Shown here in pieces: positions 45,601 through 58,160 of a stretch of 64,000 nt of DNA; positions within the stretch are counted from its first letter, which is position 1, and every line of letters begins with the position of its first letter. This DNA is from Phoronis australis (lineage: Eukaryota; Animalia; Phoronida), in the NCBI GenBank assembly GCA_002633005.1, contig NMRA01000187.1:239208-303207 (forward strand). The letters run 5' to 3'. A program made the translations under genes and the position numbers. The notes beneath the pieces were generated by a model. The model was not told the DNA's origin. It saw only the letters and a program-made list of their open reading frames with translations, and made no database searches.

Positions 45601-48600
45601 TGCACTATACTAATAACAGTTCTTTTTTATAAATTTGGTTTTATTGAAATTGGCTAAAAAGGTTCATAATCCTACAATTGTCCAGGTTACCGCCCATTTC
45701 CAAAATTTATAAATTTTCATTTTCAAGCACCCTCTCCTACTTTATGGCTCTCCCTCACATATTTATTTCTGTAAGTGAATCTGTGTCCTATTTGCATCTC
45801 TTGCCACTTAGTGCTGTCTTGGGGATCTTGTTTTCTGCAAGGTGCTTGCCTCTACCAAACGCATTCTCATTCTGTTTTGCTCTTTGTTGTAGCTGATCGC
45901 AATTGGTTGTTGAGACTAAGATACTGGTGTTAACAAATGGATTAAACTTCCCCATAATGCAGCATGTAAATGATGCAGTACAGACCAAAATGGACAAAAT
46001 ACACTTTCCGCATCATGACGGTCAACTCCACCTGCAGATTCTTTTCACTTTAATTCTGGCAGAAAATGACGCAGCATAACCTCTGTATCTGTAGGTGGTG
46101 CCTCTATGGCCCATTATGTGTAGTAACCAAACATGTTGTGATATGATGACAACAATTTGTGTGATTTACATTGTTAGTACCGAAATTAAGACTGACATAG
46201 TTAAACACTTTGCCTTTCACTGTTCATTGTGTGGAACTTTACATTAATCTTGTATTCCACAAGCAGGTCCTACTGTCAGCTGTCTCCATGTTGCTTTTCA
46301 AAATTATTGGCTTGGTCCAGGATGTTGGCATATGATTTGTGATTGGTCGATTTCAGAACTGACCCTGGTTACAAGGGAGGTAATGTTTTGTCTAATGGAA
46401 CATTTTCAAAGATATTCTCACCAGGAATGCGGTGTGGCTGGATTGAGGCGCCTGACAAGATCATAAAGAAACTAACTTCTTCGTAAGTATGTGGCATGAT
46501 GCATTGAATTGTAATTAATTTGAGAAGAAGGTGTTCAACTTTAGTTTTGATATCATACGTGTTCTCAGTAAGGCTAGTTGGGGAAGATCACTGAAGTCAC
46601 GTGTTTAACTCAAACTTCCGTGATATTGCCACACTGTCAAGATGTTGATGGGGCCTCACTCAAAGTGTCCCAACATAGCCTCACTCAAAGTGTCTCAACA
46701 TAGTCTCACTCAAAGTGTCTCAAAGTGTCCCAACATAGTCTCACTCAAAGTGTCTCAACATAACCTCACTCAAAGTGTCAACATAGTCTCACTCACAGTG
46801 TCTCAACATAGTCTCACTCAAAGTGTCCCAACATAGTCTCACTCGAAGNNNNNNNNNNNNNNNNNNNNNNNNNNNNNNNNNNNNNNNNNNNNNNNNNNNN
46901 NNNNNNNNNNNNNNNNNNNNNNNNNNNNNNNNNNNNNNNNNNNNNNNNNNNNNNNNNNNNNNNNNNNNNNNNNNNNNNNNNNNNNNNNNNNNNNNNNNNN
47001 NNNNNNNNNNNNNNNNNNNNNNNNNNNNNNNNNNNNNNNNNNNNNNNNNNNNNNNNNNNNNNNNNNNNNNNNNNNNNNNNNNNNNNNNNNNNNNNNNNNN
47101 NNNNNNNNNNNNNNNNNNNNNNNNNNNNNNNNNNNNNNNNNNNNNNNNNNNNNNNNNNNNNNNNNNNNNNNNNNNNNNNNNNNNNNNNNNNNNNNNNNNN
47201 NNNNNNNNNNNNNNNNNNNNNNNNNNNNNNNNNNNNNNNNNNNNNNNNNNNNNNNNNNNNNNNNNNNNNNNNNNNNNNNNNNNNNNNNNNNNNNNNNNNN
47301 NNNNNNNNNNNNNNNNNNNNNNNNNNNNNNNNNNNNNNNNNNNNNNNNNNNNNNNNNNNNNNNNNNNNNNNNNNNNNNNNNNNNNNNNNNNNNNNNNNNN
47401 NNNNNNNNNNNNNNNNNNNNNNNNNNNNNNNNNNNNNNNNNNNNNNNNNNNNNNNNNNNNNNNNNNNNNNNNNNNNNNNNNNNNNNNNNNNNNNNNNNNN
47501 NNNNNNNNNNNNNNNNNNNNNNNNNNNNNNNTCTCAACATAGCCTCACTCAAAGTGTCTCAACATAGTCTCACTCAAAGTGTCTCAACATAGCCTCACTC
47601 AAAGTGTCTCAACATAGTCTCACTCAAAGTGTCTCATCATAGCCTCACTCAAAGTGTCTCAACATAGCCTCACTCAAAGCGTCTCAACATAGTCTCACTC
47701 TAAGTGTCTCAACATGGCCTCACTCGAAATGTCTCAACATAGCCTCACTCAAAGTGTCTCAACATAGCCTCACTCAAAGTGTCCCTTCATTTTCTTTATG
47801 GTGAGATTCTTGTTTTAAAATAAACTCTGCCCTTGATATAATTCAGAGTGAACTTATTGTTGTCCACATCACTCAGTTAATACCACGTGACATGTATAGA
47901 GTTCATTAATATTTAATTGCCATTAGCAAGCATTTGTGATATTACATGAGATATTGCTGTTTATTTTAAACGAGAACAGTGATTTTGGCTAGATGATTTT
48001 AGTCGCAAGAGAGCTACTGAAATCTACCCTGATTAGCACCTTGTGGCTCCTCTCTTTGTGACCCAGGTAATAACACCTGACTTAGTTGTTATGTAATGAC
48101 CTTGTTGATACATTGTGACCCAGTTAGCTGGCTGTGACCCATCGAAAACCTTGTGTGTTGTCCTTTCAGGAGCACCATTGTGAGTAGTGGTGGCATGAGC
48201 CAGACAGTGGGTGCAGTGATGGCGCATGCAATGGCTCTGGGTGGAGTACAGCAACAACTCAGCTCTATTAGAGATACCAACGCTGTGAGTCATAATCCAC
48301 TGGTACTGCACCCCATGTGAACATATGTACACCATGGCAGATGTGTTCTTAACATTGCACCCCGTGTGAACAGACCTACATCATGATTGTTATGCGCCCA
48401 CATATTTATATGTGGACGCATTATGCCGTCATCTCTGTCCGTCCGTCCGTCCATCCGTCCGGGCGGCGTCCGTCCGGCGTCCGCTGCTCTATCTCCAAAA
48501 CCCTTTGACATACGTTCATGAAATTTGGCACATATGTTCCATTCANNNNNNNNNNNNNNNNNNNNNNNNNNNNNNNNNNNNNNNNNNNNNNNNNNNNNNN

Positions 48601-51600
48601 NNNNNNNNNNNNNNNNNNNNNNNNNNNNNNNNNNNNNNNNNNNNNNNNNNNNNNNNNNNNNNNNNNNNNNNNNNNNNNNNNNNNNNNNNNNNNNNNNNNN
48701 NNNNNNNNNNNNNNNNNNNNNNNNNNNNNNNNNNNNNNNNNNNNNNNNNNNNNNNNNNNNNNNNNNNNNNNNNNNNNNNNNNNNNNNNNNNNNNNNNNNN
48801 NNNNNNNNNNNNNNNNNNNNNNNNNNNNNNNNNNNNNNNNNNNNNNNNNNNNNNNNNNNNNNNNNNNNNNNNNNNNNNNNNNNNNNNNNNNNNNNNNNNN
48901 NNNNNNNNAGTAGAAATTTGTTTCTGGCATTCTAATGCTGTGCTAATCTCGTATGTTGGTAAATTTGTTTTTAATTCTATGTTTCTGTGGTGCTTTAAGC
49001 AACAGGTGTATAGGATGTGCTTGTATTATGAAGATTACTCACATTTTGCCCCTAGCCTATCGAGGAGACAATGACCATGCCTTTCCATTTTGCAAAGTAT
49101 GCCCTCTACTGGCCACTTTATGGTACCAATAAACAACCCTAGAAGGATACCGTATGCGGTGCAATTGTGGGCGCATTTCAACGCTCCGCATTGCTCTTGT
49201 TGTGTTGTTGTTTGACCGCATAGAAACGTCTGTATTAAGTCAAATACCTGCAAAACTAAACAGTTTGTAAAGGTATATTTATGTAATAAAAAAGCTTGTA
49301 AAATTTGAGTTTTGACTTTTACCTATGTACCATTAATTGGGTCATGTGACCATATCTTTTTACTAAAATTTAACAGAAGACAATCCCAGTACATTGATAA
49401 CAATGTTACATTTAACCAAATTTCATTTGATAAAAATTTCCAAGGTGAAATGTCAAAACTGCTGCAGGATTTCTAAGTTAAATTGTTTTTATTTGATGAT
49501 AATTTTAAATGTCCTGTTTTCGGGTAACTGCTCATGCATTAGTAATATTTCTAAAACTGCTGACATTTGTTTTGAGAACAATATGACAGTTTCATATGTA
49601 TCCCATTGAGAACAATGAGACAGTTTCATGTTTATCCCATTGAGAACAATGTGACAGTTTCATGTGTATCCCATTGAGAACAATGTGACAGTTTCATGTG
49701 TATCCCATTGAGAACAATGTGACAGTTTCAAGTGTATCCCATTGCACATTTATGAGTGAAAGTGTTATGAAGTGAGTCACATTTGGACATCTTTCTCTGC
49801 TTCTCAATAGCACTGTATCCTCTGTGAACGTGCCAGCATTACGCTTGCTTCTACTTGTCGTAAGGTCATTTGACTGGTCATGTGACTGTCATGTGAGTGC
49901 TCTTTTGACTGGTCACTCTTCATCATTCAGTCCAATGTGTCAATATTTCATTTTTATGCCCCCACATATTTATATGTGGACGCATTATGTCGTCATCTCT
50001 GTCGGTCCGTCCTCCTAGTGGCAGCTTCGTTTTTTGCACGCCTGGCTGTATCCTAATTGGTTGGCAGGATTTTTATTGAATTTGACAAGTGTATGTGTAT
50101 AACGTTGACAACGGACGACGACGATTTTGGATGGATCTGACTACTGGTGTGCCCCCTGGTGGCAATTTTAGTTTTACGTTTACCTCTGTATCTTCAATGG
50201 TCCTCAAAGGATTTTCATAAAATTTTGAATACGGGCATCTATGGGTGAGATGACACTATCCTCCTGTTTTCGGATGGAATCGAGGTATTTTGCATCACCT
50301 AATGGCCATTTTTGCTGTTCTCGAGTCTTTTTTTGGCGTCTACCCCTCTATCAACCAAATCTTTCTAAGCGTGCTTTTGAAAATTGGGGTATATGTTCTC
50401 AGTGTTAAGAGGACGGTTGACGATGACAACTTTGACTACTGTGGTGCCTCCTAGTGGTAGTTTTGTTTTGTTTTGCGCCCATAGCTGTATCTCCTAAAGC
50501 CACTGCAGGATCTTTATTAAATTTAATTAGTAAGTGTATTTATATGAAGCTAACAACAAACAATAACTACTTTCAGGCAGGTCCAATGAACAGTGTGCTC
50601 CCTAGTGGCAATTTCATTTTATTTTGTTTTCCTTTGTTTCTCTGAATTTCCACCACAGATTTCTATGAAATTTGGTGTATAGCTTTCTTTTAAAAAAGCA
50701 ATGACATGTTCCCGTTTTTAGATGGATTGTACATTTTTGCATCATCTAGTGGCCATTTTTATGACACAAATAAACAACCCTAAAAGCACACCATTTGCGA
50801 TGCATTCGTGGGCGCATTTAAACGCTCTATGTTGCTCTTGTTATTTTATTTCAACTTTGCTGAGTTAAAGAAGCAAAATGTTTAAATTAATAAGCAGACA
50901 TTGCAGACCTAGACCTGTGTACCATACACAAAAAAATGCGGATTCGTACGGAAATCAAGCCTCCAGTACGCAAGTACTCACGGCCAGGCAAAATTACGCA
51001 AATTCAGCAAATTCAAAAGAGATTAATTCACTTGTTTCTCGCAGATTTGTAGTATAAACGGAGGGGGAAGAAGGTTTTAAAGTTAGAAATTATAAAACAT
51101 ATTGTAAAATCATTATTTTAATCAAAAAGTTGAGCTACAAACTTGGAAAACGTCCTTCGTTTCATTCTCGAAATAGCCTGATAATCGGCGAATCGCGAGG
51201 CCTCTTATATGGCCTAACCTATAAGCAACGACTTCTGTGATTTGTGGATTGCTTACTTCATCTAATTCTGGCTATTTACGGCTAAATACGTACTGTTGAC
51301 AAAATGGCAAAGCATGAGTGGTTGCATATTCCGAGCTGTGAAGAAAGTAGCTTCTGAAAGAAGAGAACATCTGTTTTTGCCACGTTATTCCAAAGAATGA
51401 CAATGTCGTATTTAAGGAACCAGGGAATTTATACTACAAGTTGTATAGCGTGTTTTTTGCGGACATGGGGACTGCACTGACTTCGTAGCGTGTTGAGCTG
51501 ACGATAATACTCGAACCACAGTCAAGCTCAAGCCTGGACTCGAGGTCTTTTTGCATGCAGTACCGTGGTACGTGTTCACAGACACTTGCAATGAATAATT

Positions 51601-54300
51601 ATTCAAAACTTTTGTGAATGGTTAAGAAAATATCATCTGGTACGAAACATTGTTGAGTGTAGATTGATCAACACATTTTTGCAGATATGTTTTTGTGTTA
51701 AGTAATAAGGTGTACATTAGGCATGTATTAACATAACTAAGTCCAGTAAGGACATTTTGTGTTGATTAACAGCATCTTTTCACTAAGCGCGTTGTCCCTC
51801 AACTAAACAACTTATATTATTTTGAAAATTGGTGATCAATTCACTGCGTGTGTTTTAGAAACTGTTTGAGAGGCAAGGAAAAGTACCCATGCGCGTACGC
51901 GGGGGGGGCTTGAATGAGTCCCAATTTTTTAGAGTGGGCGAAAAGGTCTTGCGAGAAAACTAATGAGTCAAGAATTCGGCGACGATAGGTAGCTAAACAA
52001 ACCCCTCCCCTTTTTTATTTTTTATTTATTTATTTTTTTTTTTCAAGTCATTAGCTATGTATTCACCACTTACAAATCCAACTTTTCCAACCCTCTGTTA
52101 TAAGCAGACATTGTCAAGTCATTAGCCATGAGTTAAAAATCCAACTGTTCCAAACTCTTACACTAACCCATTTACTTGTTCATTTTGCTTGTTTCAGTTT
52201 TGTTGATTTTAATGATTTATGTTTTCACCTCATTTACTTTCTTTGTGTTCAGAAGCGAATGGCTGCTGCCTGTGAAAGTCTGAGGGAGAACCTGCCTGAC
52301 AGTTGCAGTTTTTATGAACCGGAGGTAAATATCTATAGTATCCTTGATATTATGTTACCATAGCTGCCAACTGTTACTACATGCATTCAGGGCATTTAAA
52401 ATTGCTGTGTTTGGATTTGAAAGTGTTGAGGATTTTGAGCATTTAATTTTCAGATGGAAATAATTCGCAAGTCCGTAGTATTTGGAAATAGTGTCGAGAT
52501 ATCGAACTTGCAATTTTCAATTCTAATATTTCAAAGATTTCTTTACATTTAAAAAATGAGATAAGGACTTTGCCATGTTTTGTAGTGACAACTTCATCAG
52601 TGTTGTGGGCAACTGTAACAAGCAATGTGATTGGCTGTTATTTTAAATAAAGCTCTTGGTGTGAACATGGATTGAAACCATTTGCTGTGTTAGATTATAT
52701 CCTGCCATCTTTTGATTGACATTTAAACTATTTTAAATCTTACAGATATTGTGCCATATGAGTTGACAAACCTATTAATATCCGAGTTTGATAATGTTTC
52801 TATTTAATGTACTCCCAAACAAATTTGGTTGTTCCCTTATGTCACGTTTGCCTGATGAAAACTGTCGCAGCGATAGTTGAGACAGCTTCCACTAGTTGAC
52901 ACAGTGTTGAGCCTGTCATATCCTACATGTACAGACTGAGTTCAGAGCTCCACGCTCTCTAGTTGACACAGTGTTGATCCTGTCATATCCTACATGTACA
53001 GACTGAGTTCAGGGCTCCACACTCTCTAGTTGGCTCAAAGGGTTGAGCCTGTCACATCCTACATGTAGGTACTGAGTTCAGGGCTTCACACCCACTAGTT
53101 GGCACAGTGTTGTGCCTGTCACATCCTACATGTACATGTACACACTGGGTTCAGAGCTCCACAATCTCTAGTTGGCACAGTGTTGAGCCTGTCACATCCT
53201 ACATGTACACTCTGAGTTCAGGGCTCCACACTCACTAGTGACAAAGTGTTGAGCCTGTCATATCCTTACTGGGTTCAAGCTTCAACTTCAGTTATTCATC
53301 AGTACAGAAAGCACTTGTAATTTGGGGAGGATGCACAATTAAAAACCAATAGTGCATTACATGATTTACCTGAAAGTTAGTATTTTTGACATTGGAAATC
53401 CTCAAAAATTGAACAAATTTTGTGTAATTGTGCCATGCAAACTTTCAAGCTGCATATTTCAGGGGGGCTACTTCATCTGGATCCGCCTGCCTGAGGGGGC
53501 CAAGACTAGTGAAGTCCTGGAGATGTGTAAAGCTCAACACAAGATCACCTTTGTGCCAGGCAACATGTGAGTTTTTGTCCTGCTCTGTTAGGGCTCTCTC
53601 CTGATATAGCAATTGTTTTATAGCTTGTCCTTGAAATATATTTCTTATTCATTTATGTCGTATAACAACTATGAGTATAACCTAGGATAATTTCTGGCAA
53701 TGGGCCAATTCGAACATAAGGTTCCAGTTTATGTAAAAAATTTGGGCCACGCTGTCTGTAGGACTAATCCCATTGGTACAAACTTAATTTATCATATACT
53801 GAACTTACACCCCTAAATGTGCATTCATGTACCATACACGCAATTGTGACCCCTCAAGGTGCATATTTCGTTTACTATAATACAGAACTCATATGCCAAG
53901 GTTCATGTTATGTTGTTCCTCTACGCATGTACAGGTTCCGTTTACACTATACGTGTTTGATTAACATAAAATCATACTTTTGAAATCATGAATTTCTTTA
54001 TTTTCTACTAACGAGTCGGTTCCCTTTGTTTTCTTACCCATAATTCATTTCTCATACCATGTACCTACGTGAGCCTTGTGTGACCTATTTACAATATCAA
54101 ATTTGACTGCTTTACACTAAGCAAGTCTAGTGCCATATAATCGTGCATCCCATTTCTCCTCCTTTAGGTGCTCCCCTAGTGGCCAGTATGAGAACTGTCT
54201 ACGCCTCAGCATTGCTTATTATGAGGAGGATGTGCTGAGATCAAGTATGAAGAAAGTTGCCATGGTGATCGGGGAATACCTGAAGTCTCTCTCAACTTGA
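36513..54300 (+). CDS. PLP-dependent aminotransferase class I/II (MocR/AADAT/yeast YER152C-like), 414 aa, 10 coding exons
   Basis: join 36513-36647, 37113-37225, 38893-39047, 42248-42409, 44654-44783, 46357-46482, 48170-48284, 52253-52324, 53463-53566, 54168-54300 = 1245 nt including TGA. Motifs GAP, FQYG..QG, EDPTY, FNNP, DDVY, TFSK (PLP Lys) ..PGMRCGW, GGYFIW, LRLS. Confidence 0.92.
37113..37225 (+). CDS. Aminotransferase exon 2: QDSNMWELFQYGAPQGSLGFREQLAAFLSKGY
   Basis: ttttcag| ... |gtaggt. Confidence 0.9.
38215..38400 (-). pseudogene. Decayed hAT transposase C-terminal dimerization-domain fragment
   Basis: Minus-strand translation with frameshifts: SASIERANST...STMG...MNALTILFMQTDIKVDVNRVIDMFAARHPRRM. 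A hAT-type end CAGGAGCGGATCCAGG lies at 37371. Confidence 0.7.
38893..39047 (+). CDS. Aminotransferase exon 3: DRLFMTPGATTGL...EDPTYFLA...IVP
   Basis: ttccag| ... |gtgagt. Confidence 0.92.
39765..40650 (-). mobile_element. Decayed 3' end of a non-LTR retrotransposon with a (TATCG)n tail, splitting a 39-bp satellite
   Basis: Degenerate ORF-like text (LLGVHG..SPH..LWDVY), (GATAC)n at 39768-39818, same satellite on both sides. Confidence 0.45.
40670..40990. repeat. About 39-bp satellite (continues 39495-39622)
   Basis: agttttc(t/a)atattagct(a/g)cagtac..gacaaaataca. Confidence 0.85.
41038..41376. repeat. 21-bp minisatellite
   Basis: ttaacacagtactgtat(c/a/g). Confidence 0.93.
42248..42409 (+). 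CDS. Aminotransferase exon 4: VSTDSLG...YVVTTFNNPFGSSLPQ
   Basis: tttccag| ... |gtatta; NP motif. Confidence 0.92.
42572..44113. mobile_element. pogo/Tc2-type non-autonomous element, TIR CCGTATYCGCSCTAATAAGC
   Basis: CCGTATTCGCCCTAATAAGC ... GCTTATTAGCGCGGATACGG|TA. Confidence 0.75.
44305..44527. repeat. 39-bp minisatellite
   Basis: tggatgcaaggatgtcctggactgtgctacatgttg. Confidence 0.92.
44654..44783 (+). CDS. Aminotransferase exon 5: RCKRLVEIARKYDLLVVADDVYNLL
   Basis: ttcccag| ... |gtgagt; DDxY motif. Confidence 0.93.
46357..46482 (+). CDS. Aminotransferase exon 6: NVLSNGTFSKIFSPGMRCGWIE (PLP lysine)
   Basis: tttcag| ... |gtaagt. Confidence 0.94.
46655..47785. repeat. About 25-bp satellite spanning an assembly gap
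   Basis: ctcactcaaagtgtctcaacatag on both sides of the Ns. Confidence 0.9.
48170..48284 (+). CDS. Aminotransferase exon 7: STIVSSGGMSQTVGAVMAHAMALGGVQQQLSSIRDTNA
   Basis: ctttcag| ... |gtgagt; phase fits. Confidence 0.85.
48392..49200 (+). mobile_element. HINE/DINE-like element (gap inside)
   Basis: Same termini; (GTCC)n microsatellite after the 5' subTIR. Confidence 0.72.
49570..49745. repeat. About 34-bp minisatellite
   Basis: ttgagaacaatgtgacagtttcatgtgtatccca. Confidence 0.88.
49956..50841 (+). mobile_element. HINE/DINE-like element
   Basis: Same termini and internal homology to 30222-31305; TT insertion site. Confidence 0.72.
52253..52324 (+). CDS. Aminotransferase exon 8: KRMAAACESLRENLPDSCSFYEPE
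   Basis: gttcag| ... |gtaaat. Confidence 0.88.
52888..53270. repeat. About 69-bp minisatellite, 5-6 copies
   Basis: ctagttgacacagtgttgagcctgtcatatcctacatgtacagactgagttcagagctccac. Confidence 0.88.
53463..53566 (+). CDS. Aminotransferase exon 9: GGYFIWIRLPEG...TFVPGNM
   Basis: tttcag| ... |gtgagt. Confidence 0.92.
54168..54300 (+). CDS. Aminotransferase exon 10: CSPSGQYENCLRLSIAYY...KSLST*
   Basis: ctttag| acceptor, conserved R in LRLS, TGA at 54298-54300. Confidence 0.92.
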
Positions 54301-55404
54301 AGGGGATTGGTCACTTTTTTCTTTTTGTTGACCAATCACAATTGAAGGAACTGGGGATGCACTCTGTTCATACGTACATAGGCTGTATGTTACGCAGTAT
54401 TTGATTTTTGTTGACCAATCACAATTGAAGGAACTGAGGATAGACTCTGTTCATACGTACATAGGCTGTATGTTATGCAGTATTTGATTTTATCTTGGTT
54501 GAATAATTTGAATGTGTGTGTATTTAGGTCTGTTCGACTGTTATGAAATGGTGTGTTTTTTTGCAAAATAATTTTGCACACTGTCCCTTGCACCATCATT
54601 AGCACTTTTGGATATATGATTAGTGTTCCATTGACAGGTGTTACCTAGTCACCATCATTAGCACTTTTGGATATATGATTAGTGTTCCATTGAATACACA
54701 TTGTCTTCCGTTTTGTGCTAAAACGTGCTAGTTTGTTAACACAACAGTTTATGTTTCTGCAAGTGTTATATGTATAATTTTGAATGGTCCTAACTATACG
54801 CATCTTCACTATACTGGAAATAGTGTTGGATACAGTGTTTATACTCAAACTTGATCATGTGCTAATTAAAAGGAGCAACTAGAGGTTTACCTGCATGAAA
54901 CAGATTTACCGTATTGAACCATTCAAGTATACCGCACTCTTAAACTTCAAACTGAAACCAAAGACATAACCATAAAAATTAGAGCGTCAGCTTTCAGTTG
55001 TTCAGAACAGAGGAACATGAAATGATGCAGACATGTTAAGTGTATCTCTTTAGACATTTTTGCACCTTGTTTGTTTCACAACTCTCATGTGTGTATATAG
55101 ACGTGCTTGGAAATGGTAGAACAGGGTATCTGCTTATTGGGTGATACTGGTCACTTTAATTGACCTTGTAGGTAAATGTTTTTGTTATTTGCACAGTCTC
55201 GTGTATTCTAATAATATGCAGTGAACATTTGGTAAGTACATACATGTATCATGCAGTGAACATTTGGTAAGTACATACGTGTATCATGCAGTGAACATTT
55301 GGTAAGTACATACGTGTATCATGACGACAGGAATCCTTAAAATGTGTTGGAACATGTGTCAGATGTTATACTAGTGCTCAATTATGGTGTTCTATTCTGG
55401 ATCA

Positions 55405-55505
55405 ATGAAATAAATATTTTAGGCTAAAGGAAGAGTTTTTGAATTGTTATTGTTCATGAATGATCTTTTCTAATGGAAATATAAATGTCATGTCTAAATA
55501 AATTA
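55405..55505 (+). terminator. Candidate polyadenylation signals of the aminotransferase gene
   Basis: AATAAA near 55409 and 55497, followed by GT-rich sequence. Confidence 0.4.
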
Positions 55506-56361
55506 TGTCCAAGCACTTATGGAGTTGTGTGTTGTTGTATTGATTTATGTGTTGCTGTACATGCGTTGTGATAGTCACTAGAGCAGGTTTGATAAAGTTC
55601 CAACATCGTCTGGACGACCGCTAGGATGGACAATTTGTATTGAATGACAATAACGTGTTTGTTGTTTATGGTTCTGGACAAAGGTAATAACTTCAAAAAG
55701 TCCATCCAACAATTATAACAAAAATGCTTTCGTAAAACCGATTTTTTAATTAAATCAGTTTTTGGCCACAATAAGATCAAAAACCGGACAATCGCCGCAC
55801 AAATAAAAAAGTTCATGTTCAATTCAACGTTTGGTCTTTTCATAAGACATCATCAGGATCATATTTACAACAATTTAGGACAACAAGTGCCAACATACAG
55901 CTCAGGTAACATCCATAGAGTGAAGTGAGAGATTCATAGAAAATGGTCAGTAGCTGGTCATCACCATAAAATAAATAAATAAATTACAAAGACAATCATG
56001 ATAACAAAACGAGTAGTTTCTCATCGACTCGTGATCCCCATTTGTCGTCCTGGTAGTCGTCTGAATTGTTGAAGAAGCGCTGTCGTTCTACATGTTTAGG
56101 CCTGCTACAAACGATGGGAATGCGCGTCGACTAGTACAGTGTTGCGCGGCTGAAGACACGATTAACTAACATATTGTATATATAAGGGCGTTGTCTAGAA
56201 AGCAAATGCAATTTCAAATGCTACCAACATCAAATTCACCCAACCGTTTTTTTACAATTAAAACCTTTCTTATCCACAGCCTTTGAAACGCCCGATGTTA
56301 ACTCAGTGATACACTGGCGCGTCTTCATGCAACTGAGGTGACCTAACACATCTGGGTTCGN

Positions 56362-56750
56362 CCCAACTATACTACCATCACCTATCCCTACACTACTGCT
56401 AGTACAACTATACTACCACCACCTATTCCCACACTACTGGTAGCCCAACTATACTACCATCACCTATCCCTACACTACTGCTAGTACAACTATACTACCA
56501 CCACCTATTCCCACACTACTGGTAGCCCAACTATACTACCATCACCTATCCCTACACTACTGCTAGTACAACTATACTACCACCACCTATTCCCACACTA
56601 CTGGTAGCCCAACTATACTACCATCACCTATCCCTACACTACTGCTAGTACAACTATACTACCACCACCTATCCCCACACTACTGCTAGCCCAACTATAC
56701 TACCATCACCTATCCCTACACTACTGGTAGCACAACTACAGTGTATACTA
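56362..56750. repeat. 41-bp minisatellite arranged as an 82-bp A/B dimer
   Basis: Alternating ..catcacctatccctacactactgctagta / ..caccacctattcccacactactggtagcc. Confidence 0.9.
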
Positions 56751-57976
56751 CCACGACCAAAGGCCCACACTACTGGAGCCCGTGTCCCCACATTGCTGAT
56801 ATTCTCGATCAGTTTGTTTCAATTTAAGCTAAAGGCAACGTATAAATCAAAGAATACTCAGTAAACCCTCTTTTGGTCAATTCCACAAATCCGATCGCCC
56901 TGCCACCTAATGCACCATTTGTGGCCCAAATAGCCTCAAATCACTTTCTTTGCCGCAGATGGGATGCTATGGTTCTTGGTAGTTGCCCTTCCCCTATGGT
57001 TGTCTGGTAACTTGTCTTGAGCGTAGGTCAGTAGTCAAGCAGACTTTGCAAGGAACTTTCAAGTTTTGCTTGAAAATTTTGAGGGAATTGTCGAGGGTTA
57101 TAGAGAATAACTTTTATTAGAGAAATAGGTGGGAATTAATATCTTGAAATTTGCAAAACAGGGTTTGGTAACCTTTTAAAAGTCCGACTTTAAACAATTG
57201 CGCAACGTCGTATTACACATATGTAATTAGTGTGAATAAAAATGTGATATAAGTTAACATTTTATACATGTATCATGTCAACACAACGTATGAGTCATAT
57301 CACTGAGTTTGGACCTCTAACGTTGTGTTAACCGCTCCGTGTCTAATATGAATTGTAAAGTCATAACCGCTCTGTGTCTAACATGCATTGCAAAGTCATA
57401 ACCGTTCTGATTGATACCTATTTGGGTTCCAGCGAAAGCTTTAATGTCCAAGGATCTGATGAGTGGACTGTCACGGAACTGTGGTGCATCGCCTATAGAC
57501 CATTTGCGGCGTAGCACTGAAAAAATGGGGTTCTATAGCCCCCCCGCCCAGCCCCATATGGTGCGCTGCCCATGCAATATCCTGCTGTACACCCTTCCCA
57601 ATGATATTCCTGGTTGCTAATCAAGGTGCAGCATCCACCTGAGCGGAACTCGACAGGTGACAGCTCACTGCTTTGCTACTGCTATGTATTTGGGACAACT
57701 ACCGTTGTTAATTTCCTACATCGTGTCTATCCATGCTTTCAACGAGAGAAGCACTACGCAGGGGCATGAGGCTTCAGGCCTGATGTGGGACTACACTAGT
57801 CACTGAATCTGCTATCAATAACAGTGAGGTTCTTTACGGTCCTGATCGGAAAGTAGATGTAGCTACAACAATAAAAACGTGGCTCAAACCAGACCACGTC
57901 TCGGCTCTCAATGGTATTTCAGATTTTAGTGACTCGTTGTTTACAACCGAGAATATTACACCCCGTCAGTCTCTGG

Positions 57977-58146
57977 CAGTATCCTGAGTGACCATGGTCC
58001 CAGTATCCTAAGTGACCGTGGTCCCAGTATCCTGAGTGACCATGGTCCCAGTATCCTGAGTGACCGTGGTCCCAGTATCCTGAGTGACCATGGTCCCAGT
58101 ATCCTGAGCGACCGTGGTCCCAGTATCCTGAGTGACCATGGTCCCT
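57977..58146. repeat. About 24-bp minisatellite with alternating A/G variants
   Basis: cagtatcctgagtgacc(a/g)tggtcc. Confidence 0.9.
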
Positions 58147-58160
58147 ATATTTTATCTGAT

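Noticed and set aside
46823-49074. Long ORFs with X runs
   Set aside because: Artefacts of N gaps
57457-57480. CTGATGA-stem-GGAA hammerhead-like motif
   Set aside because: Core mismatch and no stems I/III
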